Origin: Bugula neritina
Taxonomy: Eukaryota; Animalia; Bryozoa
DNA length: 64,000 bases
NCBI GenBank assembly: GCA_964035545.1
Contig: OZ037772.1
Span: 310,001-374,000, forward strand
Reading direction: 5' to 3'
In this document: positions 28,351 to 43,340 of the stretch, in pieces
How positions within the stretch are numbered: position 1 is the first letter of the stretch
How the letters are laid out: each line of letters begins with the position of its first letter
The notes under the pieces: generated by a model
What the model saw: the letters and a program-made list of their open reading frames with translations, nothing else
The model's database searches: none
Told to the model about the DNA's origin: nothing
Made by a program: the position numbers and the translations under genes

Positions 28351-29859
28351 GGAACAGGTTCTTCTCCTATAACAGTTCATTGAGTGTGGAGAAAGACACC
28401 ACAATTTTGAAAAATACACAACCGCTTTAGTGTAACTTTAGAAACACTGACGCTGCTATGAAAAGCAATGATATATGATGATTGCACTCCTGCATGTTTA
28501 GGTTCAGATTATTTAGAGTAGCAAATATATTTACAAGGTATATGTAGTATGCAGTTTATAGAGATTGACTATTGCATGGCTGCTAAGAGGTGGCCTGTTA
28601 TTTTTAGCAAACTTTTTGACTTCCATTTGGAAGTAGCACAGAAAGCAGTAAGGGTAAAGTAATTAATAAACGCATTCATGTCGAAGTAAACTGAGATTGC
28701 AAAATATAGTTTGGTTAAATAAGGGAGCTAAGATGAAGGTTTATATATAGATATTGTTATGATTTTCAGAATTAGGGTCGATGTGCAACCAAGAGAGTCT
28801 ATTTATTGCTAGAGAACTTCACCAGGCTAAGTCGAGTTAATACAGTTATATTTTAAGTACAAGGATACATAATAAAAATGATACAGAAACAGTTAGTAAT
28901 TTATACATCTATTTAATTTACTGCACTATCCTCAACTGACTAGTAGCGCGAAGCTAACTACTGCTACAGTTTATCGAATAATTACAAACTATTTTGTATA
29001 TACAATGCAAATTTCTTACAGAAAAGTGTCCAATTTTTGTTGAAGAAGTTACTAAGACTTTTCTTTGAAATAAATGCTATATAATATGTTTAAAAAAAAG
29101 ATTTTAAAATTATTGTATATGCTTTAATTTATAGTGAATGAATTTGGATTGGCAATGTTATTACTGCATAAACAATATAATATGCGGTTCTATGTGTATT
29201 GTGAAACGGTTAGCACTCAGGTTACTATTCTGTGAGACAAATTTGGGATTTGCTCCCCCAAAAGAATTGAAACTATAATATATATGTTTTTTATAATATG
29301 CATATCTATTTGATGATAATATTGAAGCAAGCAAAATTATAATAACAAAATATTACAAGACATTAACCAAATCAAAACAAAGATTATCCTAGCGATCCTT
29401 TGAAATCTTGCTGTGTTTATATTATACTGACAAAAATTATTAACTTACTACGAGGTTTTTAGTCAAATAACAAGAGACTAAATCCAAAACTAATTTATAA
29501 TTATTCTTAGCATATGACAAGTATAAATGTTACAGCTGCTCTTGTACAATGTACTTGTACAGCTCTTACTCATCCTAGTATGTTTAACTGGCATAGCATC
29601 CTTGTCTTTCTAGGGACTCGGTACATTGTTGGAGTGCAGAGGTCATCTCCAACAAAAGACTTTGAATTAGAGTGGATAAATAAAAGTAAGGGCTTGTAAT
29701 GTTTTTCAGCTCTAATTGAAGTTCCCAAAGTGTTATTGTTGGTAAGTTTCAGGCTCAAGAATAATCTTGTATTTTCTTATTAAAGAAAAAAAAAGAAAAA
29801 AAAAGAAAAAAAAAGAAAAAAAAAGAAAATAAGGGTCCTAAGTCGCAAAAACCAAAAGA

Positions 29860-30470
29860 TAGCTATTCCAGAGGTGTGGACATATTCAAAAGTTTCAAAT
29901 TTGGGGAAGGAGAATCTAAAGAGGTTCACAAGGATGTCCTAGAAAAATTTGACAACTTTTGTAAAAAGACCTTCAAGAAAATAATCAAGAGACATCAACT
30001 GCTATCAATAGATGAGTATGTCACCAACTTACATTGTTTATGAGTTTGATAGACAAAACTTCACTCAATACCAGAGACATATTTTTAAATATTGTTTTTT
30101 TGTGTTTGCAGGTGAAAGACCATTTCCATGTGATGTCTGTGGCAAGGCTTTCAAGCGCAGAAAAATCTGATAAAGAGGATAAAACAAAAATGGCTATTTT
30201 AATGCGAACCATTAGACCCAGAGGTGTAGACATATTCAAAAGTTTCAAATTTGGGGAAGGAGAATCTAAAGAGGTTTACAAGGATGTCCTATATAGGAAA
30301 ATTTGACAACTTTTGTAAAAAGAACTCCAACAAAATAATCAAAAGACATCAACTGCTATCGACAAAACAAGAAGTCACCAACTTACATGGGATCGCCAGA
30401 AAATGTGACCTTGGTGACATGTATGATGTCTTTTTTATGCAGGCCTTTCTTCTTGGCATCTTCTTGGTAT
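29860..30470 (+). mobile_element. Degenerate gypsy gag fragments (internally duplicated)
   Basis: RHQLLSTKQE..NLHGIARKCDLGDMYD is homologous to 33790-33935; 29866-30035 duplicates 30218-30388. Confidence 0.7.
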
Positions 30471-30471
30471 A

Positions 30472-30778
30472 TATAATTTTGTATGCTCACATGGAACTAT
30501 AGAAGGAAATGTCAGCTAGAAGAGGAAGGAAATGGAGGTCAAGACCAGCAACGCAATATCAAGGTCAACTAGAAGAAAGTAGTTTTAGGTCATGGCGGCT
30601 AGTTTGAGCACACTTTTGGACTAGAAGAGGAAGGAGACAAGGAGACCACAGAACTCTCTGAAGAGGGAAGTAAAACACACTTCAGCTACAAAGCAAGAGT
30701 TTAAAAGAGAAATGATTGGAAAAAGTTGAAATTTTACTCAATTTGATCAAAAATGAACAGATATTAATAAAAACTTTT
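30472..30778 (+). repeat. Dispersed ~300-bp repeat, copy 1
   Basis: Aligns to 43333-43655. Confidence 0.85.
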
Positions 30779-31389
30779 TGGATGCACATATTTGTCTTAT
30801 ATCCAAGTTAAAATAAATCATATGTTCTGTTACCTAATTTATTCATTGTTTGGACAGCATGCATCTAAGTAATGTAGAATAGTCATTTGGTGTAAACATT
30901 ATATGTACCTAGAGTAAATTTTTATTAAGCACTCATGTTTTAGGTTTTCATATTATTTTGGTATGCCGCTATAAACTGCAAGATTGATTGTTAAATAAGT
31001 AATAATGCTAATAGCTGCAGTAACTAATTTAAACTATCTAAAATAATATTCCAATTTTATTTGATTTGGGACAAAAAACAGTAATAAATTTATTTTCAGA
31101 GTTGATCTTTAATGAATACTTATCAACAAATATCTTTTCAAACAACAAGAAGTATAATACGTGCAAAATTTTTAAGTTGATGCAGATTAACAGAACTTAT
31201 TTATGGGTTAAATAACAAGCAATTGATTTAAGCTTTTTCAAATAGGAGGTTATTTTAATGATAGTAAAATGAATTTTACGTAAAATATATATTGTACGAA
31301 AATAAACAAATAGCAGCTAACTGGGAAGGAAGCATCTAACTGAGATGATAACATGTTATGTTACATCACCTTATTGTGTATGATTTTAG

Positions 31390-33414
31390 TATCAAGAACT
31401 TTTCCTGGACCACCTACTACCACAACCAGTTTACCAACTAGTCAAGAAGCAAATAATGGAGATAATCCAGAAGGTGCTTAATAAAAAAATTGTATATTTG
31501 GCGATAACCTCTAAATTTGTGATAACTGTCATTATATTATCATACTTGCAAAAACATAATATTCAATAGTATCATGATTATATTAGCTAAGAATGTACCT
31601 GTGGTATTGTTTGGAGTTTACAGCTTTGACATCAAAGAGGCTTTACTAATTTATATTTGTTTGATCAATGAATCATAGCACTTACTATCATGCAGTCCAA
31701 ATTTCTGTTCTGCATGCATCTTCAAATGAGATTTAAATGTTCAATTAGAATTACTTATTTAATGTTTTGTTTATTTTTAGTTAGAAATGTTGAAAATATT
31801 GAAGAGGTACCAGTTCAACAAGCCATGGAAGGTTTGTGTTGACACTTTGAAAATGTTTTATGGTTACAATTGACATAACATACAATTACTTTAATGTGAT
31901 GATGATTGTATTAAATTATCAGTATGACAAGACACTTTTATCTATGATATTTTTCCTGTTTTAAAGTACAAGAAATAGATGAAAATAACAGCTCCAGCGC
32001 CGGACCAGCTGATCCTATTGAAGCACTCAAGAAAGACATATAGAAGGTGCTTAGTAATGTACCATAATCAAATTTCTGTATTTATACAAGTTTTTAGCCA
32101 AAGAGTTGCAATCACATGTTCTCCTGTAGTTTTCAGAACAAAAAGATGCTTTTGTTGAGCAGAGTCTTGAGCTTGGTGACTTGACGAAATTGCTTTGGTC
32201 TTAGATAAGTCACAAAAGCATTTATTTGTAATTAATCTAAATACTAATATAAGACAGTTATAAATTAGATCTTAGTTTCAGGTCATATATAGTATGAAAT
32301 TTCACAGACATGAAGAAACAACTAAAGAAGGTGCTGGATGGGCAGAAAAAACTGATGGCTATAATCACTGATAGCCATAGTGGCAAAGACAATATAACTG
32401 AGCAGCTGGAGGAGCCGCTAAAAACAATACAAGAGTTTGAATCTCTTGAAGAACTTCTCCAATCCTCAAGAGAAAAACGTTCTGCTCTGGTACATAGTAT
32501 GCTACTATATAATATAGATTGTATAGCTAGTTTAAAAACTTTTGGTGTATAATATGCAATATATAACATCCTGGCGTAGTTGATATTAGAATACAATTTC
32601 TAGTGAACTGTAGATTTTCAAGCTATAAAGTGTGTTTCTCTTATGAAATGTTTCTCATTAAAGTGTTAGAAAAAATATTTGCCCCACTGCAATAACACAT
32701 TGAATGTATTCATGTAAATTCCTGCTATGAAATATAGGTGCATTAATGTTGTAAACAAAGTTTCTTTTCCAACTGGGAGGAAAAAACTGCGCAGATATGG
32801 TGAAAAGAGCCATGAGAAGAATTGGCACCAATGGGCTGTGGAGCCAATTCAGTATGAAGGGCAAAGCCCATAAACAACATAAAAAGCTGTCTCTAAAAAT
32901 ATATTGAAATAAAATCTGTATCAAAACTTATCAAATCTCTGGGACTGCATCAGCAGTTAAAATAGTTGTTGAGTTGTTGAGTTTAGAATAATTGCTCATC
33001 TAAAAATTTACTGCATTCACTAAGTTTTACTTTCTAATTATATTTCAGAAGCTCTGCTGAAAAGTAAAAGTAATAAAGAAATAGATATAGAGATTGAAGT
33101 ATCGCTATTTTTGCCGCAGTGCCCTTATCAACTGGGAGGGGATAAGTATAAAAAGACAAGTTTGCAAGATGAGGTTTTTGTTCTGTTGTTTTTCATTTTT
33201 CTTAACAAAATAAAATAGCCATTACAGAGATCGGTGTAGGATCGCAAACCTTTCACCAATGTTGTATGAAAACCATTTATGCAACGTTATGCAACACAAC
33301 GTTTATGGAACGTTGGTAAAAGTTTTGCGATAAACGTTTGTTTTAAAAGTTATATATAGTACAAAAATGTGTCGACATTTAAACGTTTATTAAACAATTT
33401 GTAAATTGTTGGTG
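31390..33414 (+). mobile_element. Relic of a CACTA/EnSpm(CMC)-like transposon with a spliced DUF4806-type gene and 3' subterminal repeats
   Basis: Exon-like blocks ending in FLFQLGGKNCADMVKRAMRRIGTNGLWSQFSMKGK (32761-32900) and EIEVSLFLPQCPYQLGGDKYKK (33049-33170) fit the DUF4806 pattern. Clustered AACGTT repeats at 33245-33400 end in TTGTTGGTGG. Confidence 0.6.
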
Positions 33415-33749
33415 GAGTGATTGTTAAAGAACTAGGGGGATGTTTTGATGGCTCTATAACTGAACCTGAAGAATCAGCTAGTGCTATACTAGACTGACTA
33501 TACAAAGATATCAAGCAAGGCTATGTCAATTATTGTACTAGCGATAATTTGCTATATCTCATAACCAGCTGCACAAAACCAAAGCAAGCATGGGGCACTT
33601 TACAAAAACCCAGAATCAGAAAGCAAGTCAGGAAACTGACAGTGCCTTTCTTCTATCAAAAAGGGAGACAACCAACTATACTAACCAAAAAAATACTTAA
33701 ACTGACACTTCATCTAAATTCGTCAAAATAAAAAATAGTTGTTGTAAAC

Positions 33750-34310
33750 ATGACAACTGCACAAGATGGTGCAGAGTTGTCCACCCAAAATAATCAAAAG
33801 ACATCAACTGCTATCGACAAAACAGGAATGCTTATCAATAGATGAGTATGTCACCAACTTACATAGGATTGCCAGGAAATGCGACCTTGGTGACATGTAT
33901 GATGCTTTTTTTATGCAGGCCTTTTTTCTTGGCATCAACGACACGAACAACTTTGGAGGAAATTGTTCGAGGTGTCAGAAAACATAGACCTCAAAAAAGC
34001 TATTAAAAAGTGCAAAGTGGCTGAGAGCTCTCAGAGTAATATGAAGACTATTAAAGCGGAAGGAGAATCAATTCATACACTTGGTCTCAAGGCCACTAAA
34101 GCAAACAAAAGTGTCAAACTGTACTTACTCACAACTGACAAGGAAGCGAATAATCCTGCCAAGTCTAACTGTGGAAACTGTGGCAACTCTCATCCTTCCG
34201 AAAATGCTTACGGTAAACAGTGTAGTAACTGCAAGAAATCCAACCACTTCAGAGCAGTCTGCAGATCCAGGAAAAACGGCAGAATAAATGCAGGCACTGG
34301 ACACATAGCT
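33750..34310 (+). mobile_element. Gypsy gag fragment with double zinc knuckle (deleted, frameshifted)
   Basis: SIDEYVTNLHRIARKCDLG...CGNCGNSH..AYGKQCSNCKKSNHFRAVC. Confidence 0.8.
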
Positions 34311-37300
34311 AAAACATTAAAGCTTTACCTGCAATGTTTTTACCTTTTTTAGGTTAAATGCAATAAAAAGAAGTGCAGTGTCAAATATACATGTAGCTTC
34401 AAATAGACTTGCACTCATGGCAACTGAAATTCATGGACAATAATAGTTCTATACTCAAAATACGTGCAGATAAGTCAGTAATAAGTCTAAAGTTGTGTTT
34501 ATACCTCTCCTGAACAAAGTATTTGTGTTTCAGTTAATAACACTCTTCAGAGTGCACCCTTATATAGTCTTACTGAAACTTGGTGACATTTCAACTTGAA
34601 TTTAATTGCTGACTAAAAATTTGGAAGGTATAAATGCAACTTAGCAAATATTACCTAAGAACCCTATCTAATAAAATAGTTGTGAAGTTTTAGCTACATG
34701 TAACATTTTAATAGACAAAATTACAATCACCCACCCTAGTGCTTACAAACTACAAAACCTGGTTTGATAACCGGGAATTTTAAATAACAATTCATTTCAT
34801 CAAGATTAGAATTAAAATAAATTTTTTATGGCATTCTCACCAAATAAAGATTCGCTGTTATTGTCCAACTTTGCTCTTTTAATCAAATTATTAAAAGCAC
34901 TTTGAACAATAGAAGCTGAGTCTACAAAAGAAGGAAGATGCATGTAAATACAATTTTATATCTGAGTGTTATTCCGTGCATTTAATCCAAAAATGTTAAT
35001 AAGAAAAACTGAAGGCTACTGAGTGTGTGTTACAAAAATGTTATATAAAGCCTGAGATCATGCTTTAAAACACTTTAAATATTGCATAATATATATTAAA
35101 TCAAATAAGTACAGGATCAAAATATATATAGATATTATAATTTATTATATGTATAAATATACATGAAGTGCTAGCATAATGTAGCTAATATTTTATATTA
35201 TGATAAGCCATAAGTGATCATTATAATTTTAAACAGTGTATAAGTTCGCAGTCTAAATACAATAAATAGATAGCTGTTGTCCATATTTTCAATGCAAGCT
35301 GATTAGAAATTGCCAGTGCAGAGTGTGACAGCCGATACTGGTTGCTGTATCAGCTGATAATTGTTGCTGCGTCAGCACGGGTGCTGTTTGGCACGGATGT
35401 CTATGTATTATGATTCACTTAACAAAGGGTGAATGAATTGAGGACACAGATGCAGGCCACAACTCTATTTTTTGTTTATTGCCAACAGTATATTTTCTAA
35501 GTTAGACTTAGACTCGAGCTCATACTGATGCTCATACTGTAACCTATAACCATGAGAATTACAAACATCATGTCAACTCAACATTGATTACACAGCTGAC
35601 AAAACATTTAGTTGATGAAGTTCAAAACAAAAGATAATATAATACTTGATACTCACAATTAAGTACAGATTGCCTGCATCTTTAGCAGAGGGAAAATTGA
35701 GCTACAGTGACTCATTGAATAAAAACAGCCAGCAAATAGCTATCTCGAAAGCTTTCACAAATAGCTTTCATTTCACAATGGTTTTTGGAAAGCTGCCAAA
35801 ACTCCTGCAACACAGAGATCTATACATGGCCTTCAAAGCTGTTAACATATATTTCATAGAGTTCCAATCACCATTAAAACAAAGTTTGAGTATAGTAGGC
35901 AATATAATTACTGAACAGACTAACTTTAAATATATATTAATGTAAGAGGTCTAACATTATTCTTAAAAACAAAGTAATAAAAGTAACAAGCTAAAGTTGC
36001 TTTCAAAATAAAATAATTATTTACAGGTAGACATTATTAAATTAAAATGTTTGGTATTAGATTACATCATATAGTTTTTTGGTAAACATTATGCATGATT
36101 GTTTCCCCAATCAACAAGAAGTCATATTATGCAGTTTGATGATTTGGATTATTTAAAAAAGATAATTGTATTTTTAGTAAATTGTTACATGAAACAAAAT
36201 TGCACATTTTCTCATAAATTTAACTACAGTTAAAACAACATTATTATTTTGTGGTAAGACTGGAAGAAATTAAAATAATACTCGACCTAAGAAAATACAT
36301 ACCTTTTGCTGTCTCCAACTTGCTGCTCAACTTTTCTTTTTTGCTTTTGGTAAAAACAGGCATTTTTTCTAAGAATTTAGTTATATTATAGTGTTTAAAA
36401 GTACTATGGTTTCCCAGCAAGCTTTACCTTGCTGAAATGTAACTTTCCAGTGTCAGAATAGCAGGTTTGACAAAATTTCTTATTTATATACTGCTATAAT
36501 AGTAACAGAGAAAATTATCTGTTCCTACAATTACTTCTACTAAGGTCTAGAGGGAGAGTGCATCCCTATAATAGATAATAGACCCTTTGTAGTTCTGGGC
36601 CAATTTTCGTTTCATCTTCATAATAATCAGGAAGCTTAAGTAAGCTTAAAAGTTTTTAATTTACCAAAAATGGCTGCCAAGAGTTGTACTTTAGTTTGAG
36701 CCTTATAAAAAAACCCTGGAATTAGCCTATTTGGCCGCAACTTCAAAAGCACTGTCATAATTATAAATTCTTTTGAAGAAGTTTACCCTCAAATACTGTA
36801 TACAATAAAGAAAAATCTTCAAGCTAGCTGTTCTATTTTTCTTGGTTTTGTGTTATCTCAGTACATGCAAAGTTTATAGTTTCTATGAGAGACCTTTTTC
36901 AACTGGCTGAGCATAATAGCTGAAAATTTTGTCTGCTGTCACTACAACGTGAACTTTTATAATAGGAGATGTTAAGAAATGCTTGCAGCTTACTTTTGCG
37001 ACTATAAATATTAGACCCTGTAGCATTTAAGACACCAAGTTTCATTCACAATAAACCTAATGGGAATCAAGAGATAATAAATTCAAAGTTATTACCACAT
37101 ATTATTGAAAATTATCTATACATGTCTTACTCTTTTTTTGTGTAGGTAATCATATTATATGACTAGCAAGAAATTTAGATTTTGATATTCACCCATTGCG
37201 TGAACAATATTTTTTCTAACTGAATTATTTTACTTGAAAAATTTTCAAAACAGGTAAACCAATTCAGCAACTAGTTTTAAAGTTTGAAAAAGGCATGTAG

Positions 37301-40300
37301 CACCAGTGCTACACTGGTCGTCTGTCTCTAAGAGTAACAATTCAGTTTAATTCCAATTGGCAACTCTCCTCCATATAAACTCCAAACAATATATTCTACT
37401 TGAACTGCTATATTTAAAAGCATTAGAAAATGAAAATCATACTTTTTATAAATAGTATGTATAGTAACTTTCATAAAATAAGCAAGCGCTTTGCTGGGAA
37501 TATTTTGTTGCATGCAATTAATAGAAACTGGGGGAACCCTGAGTATGTCTCATGTAAACACAGTTGGAGCAAATACACCAGTTAACTGTAGAATGGCTAA
37601 ATATTTGCAGCTATAATAACGCCTCTAAACAATTCAACTAAAAAGTAGACATGAATGTGGACATTGTAGCTATTTGGTTATAATTAGTATAATAGCTAAG
37701 CTGTGAATTTGCTCTTATCCTTACTAATAATTGACAGACAAAGTAAGAATTTAAAAGTAAAAATTCAAAGAATAAAATCTTTTAATAACCTCATACCCCA
37801 ATACATTAGGCCAGGAACTACGACAAATTAAAACAAATAATGGCTGTCCTAAATTTGCCTATAAATTTTTTGCGGCTACTTACATTTTTCTTTCATATAT
37901 TGAAGAAGACACAATTAGTGACAGTTTAGAATTAGCAAAAGCTAGCAACTGTAAGACATGTAGTTTTAATCAAGTAGCTAACCTATTACACAGGAAACTT
38001 GACAAATAAAATTTTCTGCTTCAGCAAGAGAAGTTTAAGCTTTTTACCACCTTGTCTCATTAAATGCTTGAATATTTTATGTGTATAAACACCTAAAGTA
38101 AGTTTGTGATTTGAAATTAATGGCAAAAGGTTAGACTCAACTAAGAGACTATTGCCTTTCTTGGCTTGGGCCAAGGCTAAACAACTTAAATAACTACTAA
38201 AAGTTTGTGGAGAACTCGAGCAGCTGACAAATTAAGTAATTTTAGAGGTAATGGTTTTCATTATAAAGTTGATAACAGGTTCCAACCTTAAAGAGATACA
38301 CAAAGGGCTACATAAGGGCAATGACAACTACAATAAGTATAACATAGGACATGAAGTTTGAAGCAATTCTGATGGCAATTCCCCAAGAATCAATATTATA
38401 CTAAACAAATGTAAACTTTGAACACATCTCTTTAACTTGCTGAAACTGCATACCAGCAAGAAATCTTTTAAAGGATTGCTCTATCTTGTCTAATAAATGG
38501 CCATTTAGGTCAAACACACATAATATTGTGTTTTTCTAAGCATGCATTGACAAAAAGCATTTGACCAAAGGTAGAAAAAGTTAGTTGAAGTTGAGGGTGT
38601 AGATTGGTAACAGCCAAAACGCCGATTTTGAAATGAGCTGGGAAGTGTGACGTAACAGCGCCAGCATTCCTGCTGGTCACGTGACTATACAAATGAATAA
38701 CTATAGAAATATGACTGTGAGATGTGATCTTTCAGCTCGTAATTTGTATATTTATAGAAGTGCAAATGTGAATTATCTCAATCTATAGTTTTTTGACATG
38801 TTAAATAACATGTATGTGATAACATTAGGCCATATTTTGCTTGTAAACATAGAAAAAAGCATTGCAAAAACATGCATTCTTTAGGATGAATGCCTGCGAT
38901 CGATCTAAACTAGGTCAGATTGTGCAATATTACGGGCACACCAAAGCTGACCTATATAGCGCGCTGTAACTGCTTGAGCGTTATTGGCTGATGTTGAGCT
39001 CAGCAACCTTGAATACTAGCGTTATAGTTAGCACGTGCAGCATAGTTACTGGCGTTCACACGTCACGTATTAGGCTATTCTTTTTCATGGCTGAAAATTT
39101 TACCTCCCTCAAAATTGGAATTTTGAAAAGCTGTTTTCTAGGCATATATCCCTTTGCAAAGTCACAATTGTTTGCATACACATTAGATTATAGTTCATAA
39201 TTATAATGTGATTGTAATAAACTAAGATAGAGCAATCCTTTAACGAAGATAAATTGCATTTTGTAAAACTGTTCACTGTTACCGTGCAACTGTGACTGAA
39301 TAAGGAAACATAGAGCAAGCCATTTTTTGTAAAACTAATCATCGATTAAGTACAGAATAAGTCATGAAAAGTTGTATAATTTTGTATTTTATACCGAAAA
39401 AAGTTTTCTTTAGTTAAATTATTATTTTAGTTGTTGAAAGAACAACTGTTATATTGACTCTAATAGTTTTACTTGAAGCTTTCCTGCAGTGTAGCAGTGC
39501 TTGTTCTATTCATTCAGTCAGTTACTTAACTGTTATTTAAAGTCAGTCAACAACTAAAGTTACTAGTCTGTAGGCTGTTCTATTTACTCTAGGGCCTAGG
39601 CTTTAAAAATGAAGAACTTCATTCTCTACCATCTAACACTTGTAACCTATTGATAGTCCAGGGTGCTTTGCTTGCCATACTCTGGCTTACAGACAGAGGA
39701 TTAAAATTGCTTTTTATTACTGGGTACCTATTATATTTTGCTTTTACAAGATAAATAAGTTTTAAAATATGCTAAAAGTATAAAAAGTATAAAAACATTT
39801 TTAATGGTAGCACCATACATTGTTGTCCAGTTTGTATCTCTATCCTAATATTTTGCGTTATTATTATTGTTATCAATTTGTGAAAAGAGGTACTGAAAAA
39901 GCTTTTTATGAAACTTTGAAACATTTACCCCATACACAACTTACTGGATTGCTCTGTATCACCGTAGGCTGGCGGTAAAGTTAGCCAAAATTGCTTATTT
40001 TGAAGTCTAGCTTTTGTGAAAATTGGCAAGCTTTAGTTAATAACCTGTAATTATATAGCCAAGTTGTTTAATTAAGATTTAAAGTAGCATTGTGTTACAC
40101 ACAATAGTTTCGGAAAACAATTGAAAGAAAAGTTCAATAATATATTACTAAAATACCAGGAAAGTCTTGCTGATGTTTATAAAGCATGCATTAAACGGAC
40201 TGTATTTCAATGGAAGATGTCTTACACATTGTAGAGGAAAAGTTGTCTACTTGCCTTAGTTTACAAGGCTATAGCATAAACAAAAAACAAAAAAATTAGG

Positions 40301-41546
40301 AAGAAATTTGGTGCTTGTCACAAATATTATGTTAATTTGTCTCTCTAGCATTAGGACAAAAAGAGAGATAAACCAGTTGCTCATATTGTGAGATTGCGCA
40401 TAACCTGCTATATACTAGCTTACAAATTGTTGAGTGCCAATATTTAAATTATCAATAAATTTATGCTAGGTAAGGCCAGTAAGAAAATTTAGTTTACCAG
40501 TAGTAACTTATATATTTTGACTGCTAGAAAGTTTAACTGCATTAACAAATAAGCCTCCTTATGCTGTGTAAGATTAAATAAAAAGTACATAAAAGCAGTA
40601 ACAAAGACAAGTTCTGAAACGTCTGCTCTTGCAAACAAAATGCCTAATTGCTAAGTGTTGGAAGCAGTTTCGAAGAAGCTTGTATATTATACCACTAATT
40701 GTTAACATTCAACCTATAAGTTACTGCTAAAAATTGAAAAAAAATTCAAGGCACATTCAGAAGCTTGCTAATATATTTCTTTTAAAGCTGCAATTGAAGA
40801 GTAATTTGCAGTGTAACGGCTGGATTTCTAGCCCACAAAAAGTTTCAATTGCTTATAAAAGGGGAGACAACAGACGTGCCTCACCTGCCTGCCACAGACG
40901 TGTGTCACTTGCAGTAAATGGTAAATAGTATTATAATGAGTGTTAATGAGAGATGAGCTCCATTACATATGAATGTTATTAATTACATTTAATTTGGTTC
41001 TCACAAGGGATAAATAGAAGTTATAAAATCTTACTCATGGGGTCCAACTATGTGGAGCAATTTTAACATTGGCTAATTTTCTTTGTTCTCAGCAGTGATT
41101 ACTAGTGGATACAATACTGCATTGAATTATTCTGAACTTGTTTAAATAAATACTTGGTATAGTAGAAAAATTATAAATTTTGTTTTAGGATTTAAACTTT
41201 GAAATATAATAGATATGCAATTACGAAGTAATTTTAAAACCTAATTACATTTCTAGATGTGTAATATATGTTCTACAATTACAGTTTTATACATCAATAA
41301 CAAATTACATTAATTTACTTGAAAAAAAATAGTTAATCACAGCTAATTACAAATTACATTCTCTCAAACTCTGGTGGTAATGGTTAATAACTGGCAGACT
41401 CAAATATCCTGTGTGCAGAAGTTTTTAGGGCTACTGATGATATTTAAAAACATTTTCTATTTGGTTTTTCACATTTCTAACTTTTGTCCCCCATATTTAA
41501 GGGATAAGAGTATGAAAGCTGGTGTGTACTAAATGAAGTAAACTGA

Positions 41547-41850
<304 letters not shown>

Positions 41851-43262
41851 TAGCTATAAACATGCACGTATATAAAGATAATAACATTCATGCAACTGGT
41901 AGTAAATACTGTTTAGTATGAGCTTCTACTAATTTTGCTACGGCATGTAGCTGCATTATAATAAATAGCGAGTTTAGGAGATCCTAAAGCACTTTATAGT
42001 CGTTTATGCAGAATTTTTCTTTCAGTCCAATATATGAAACTTATAAAAATAATTTTAGAGAGAACACACACTAACCGAAAATCAATTTTTTTTCAATAAA
42101 GTATATCATAGACCTGCATACTTTATTCAGGAAAGAAGAGAGAGCCCCAAAGAAAGAGCCACGCCTACCATTTCCAATGAAAACAGACCTGTCATACTAA
42201 GTAGCTACAGACCTGCTATACCAGATAAAATCAAACCTGCCATATTGCACAAAACTGAACCTGCAGCACTAAGCAAAGAGCAACCAATCAAATATTCCAA
42301 GCAAAGAGAAAACAATTCAGCATTGTGAGAAAACCTCCCCAGGGGAAATCAGCTGGTCAAAGTTTTAGCTACAGAAAAGGAAGAATTGCCGAGTATAGTA
42401 ATTATTCAGTAAGGAAAACAGCATGCTTACCTTGTTCTGGTAACCACTACACAATTGTGAAGAGAAAGGGCTGGAAAGCTCCACAGCTTTGAGACATTTC
42501 TCACACAGACAGCTGTTCTATAAGAAGTGTCACATAAGAGTTGTGACTATTGACTATTATATAGACAGGGTTGTAGGGATGGGGATACAGTTTTTAGATT
42601 TCTTATTTTAGGAATCCTTAATACTTTAGATTTGTTATGATAGCATTAACTTAGCAGAAGCTTTGGTGGAATTTGATCTAATGCTTAATTACTACTCAAA
42701 GCAGAATAGTTTAGTATTTTTTTTAAAAAGAACATAATATTATATTTGTATTTTCTTATAAATAGATGTTTATTATACATGCCGATCATAAAAGTCAACT
42801 CATTATATGGTATACAAAAATTATATCTGTAAATGAACATGTGCATGCTACAGCTGAAAATTAAAAATAAAATGAGAAGGAAAAAAACGTATTCAACTGA
42901 ATGGGTGATCAAATGACATTGCTGTATAAAATGACGAATCAGGAAAAAGAAAGTATGTGGAAACAAAGCAACACTGAACTACAATAAGGCTAACAAATAC
43001 TAGGTTAGCAGAAATAATATCATATTCAATAAATAAAATACCAAGAGGTGTAAAATATCAATATAAGTACACATAGAAAAAATAGGTGATATACAGAATA
43101 AAAAGTAACAGTTTAATATTGATAAAGCTTTTCATTTTCACACAAACATAACATCTTTACAAGGCATTATTGTATATATATATATTGCGAAGGTGTGGGC
43201 CATGGTACTCTGTTCTGTGCTGATGAGGGGACAAATCCCGAAACAGCTGCTGTCCACAGATT

Positions 43263-43265
<3 letters not shown>

Positions 43266-43335
<70 letters not shown>
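43266..43335. repeat. (TA)n microsatellite
   Basis: Pure TA run. Confidence 0.99.

Positions 43336-43340
<5 letters not shown>

Noticed and set aside
35280-36630. Scattered minus-strand exon-like blocks (e.g. MPVFTKSKKEKLSSKLETAK)
   Set aside because: Could not be joined in phase or assigned to a family.
42131-42330. Exon-like block with loose 8-aa RPAI-type periodicity
   Set aside because: Isolated, ends in a stop, no recognisable homology.
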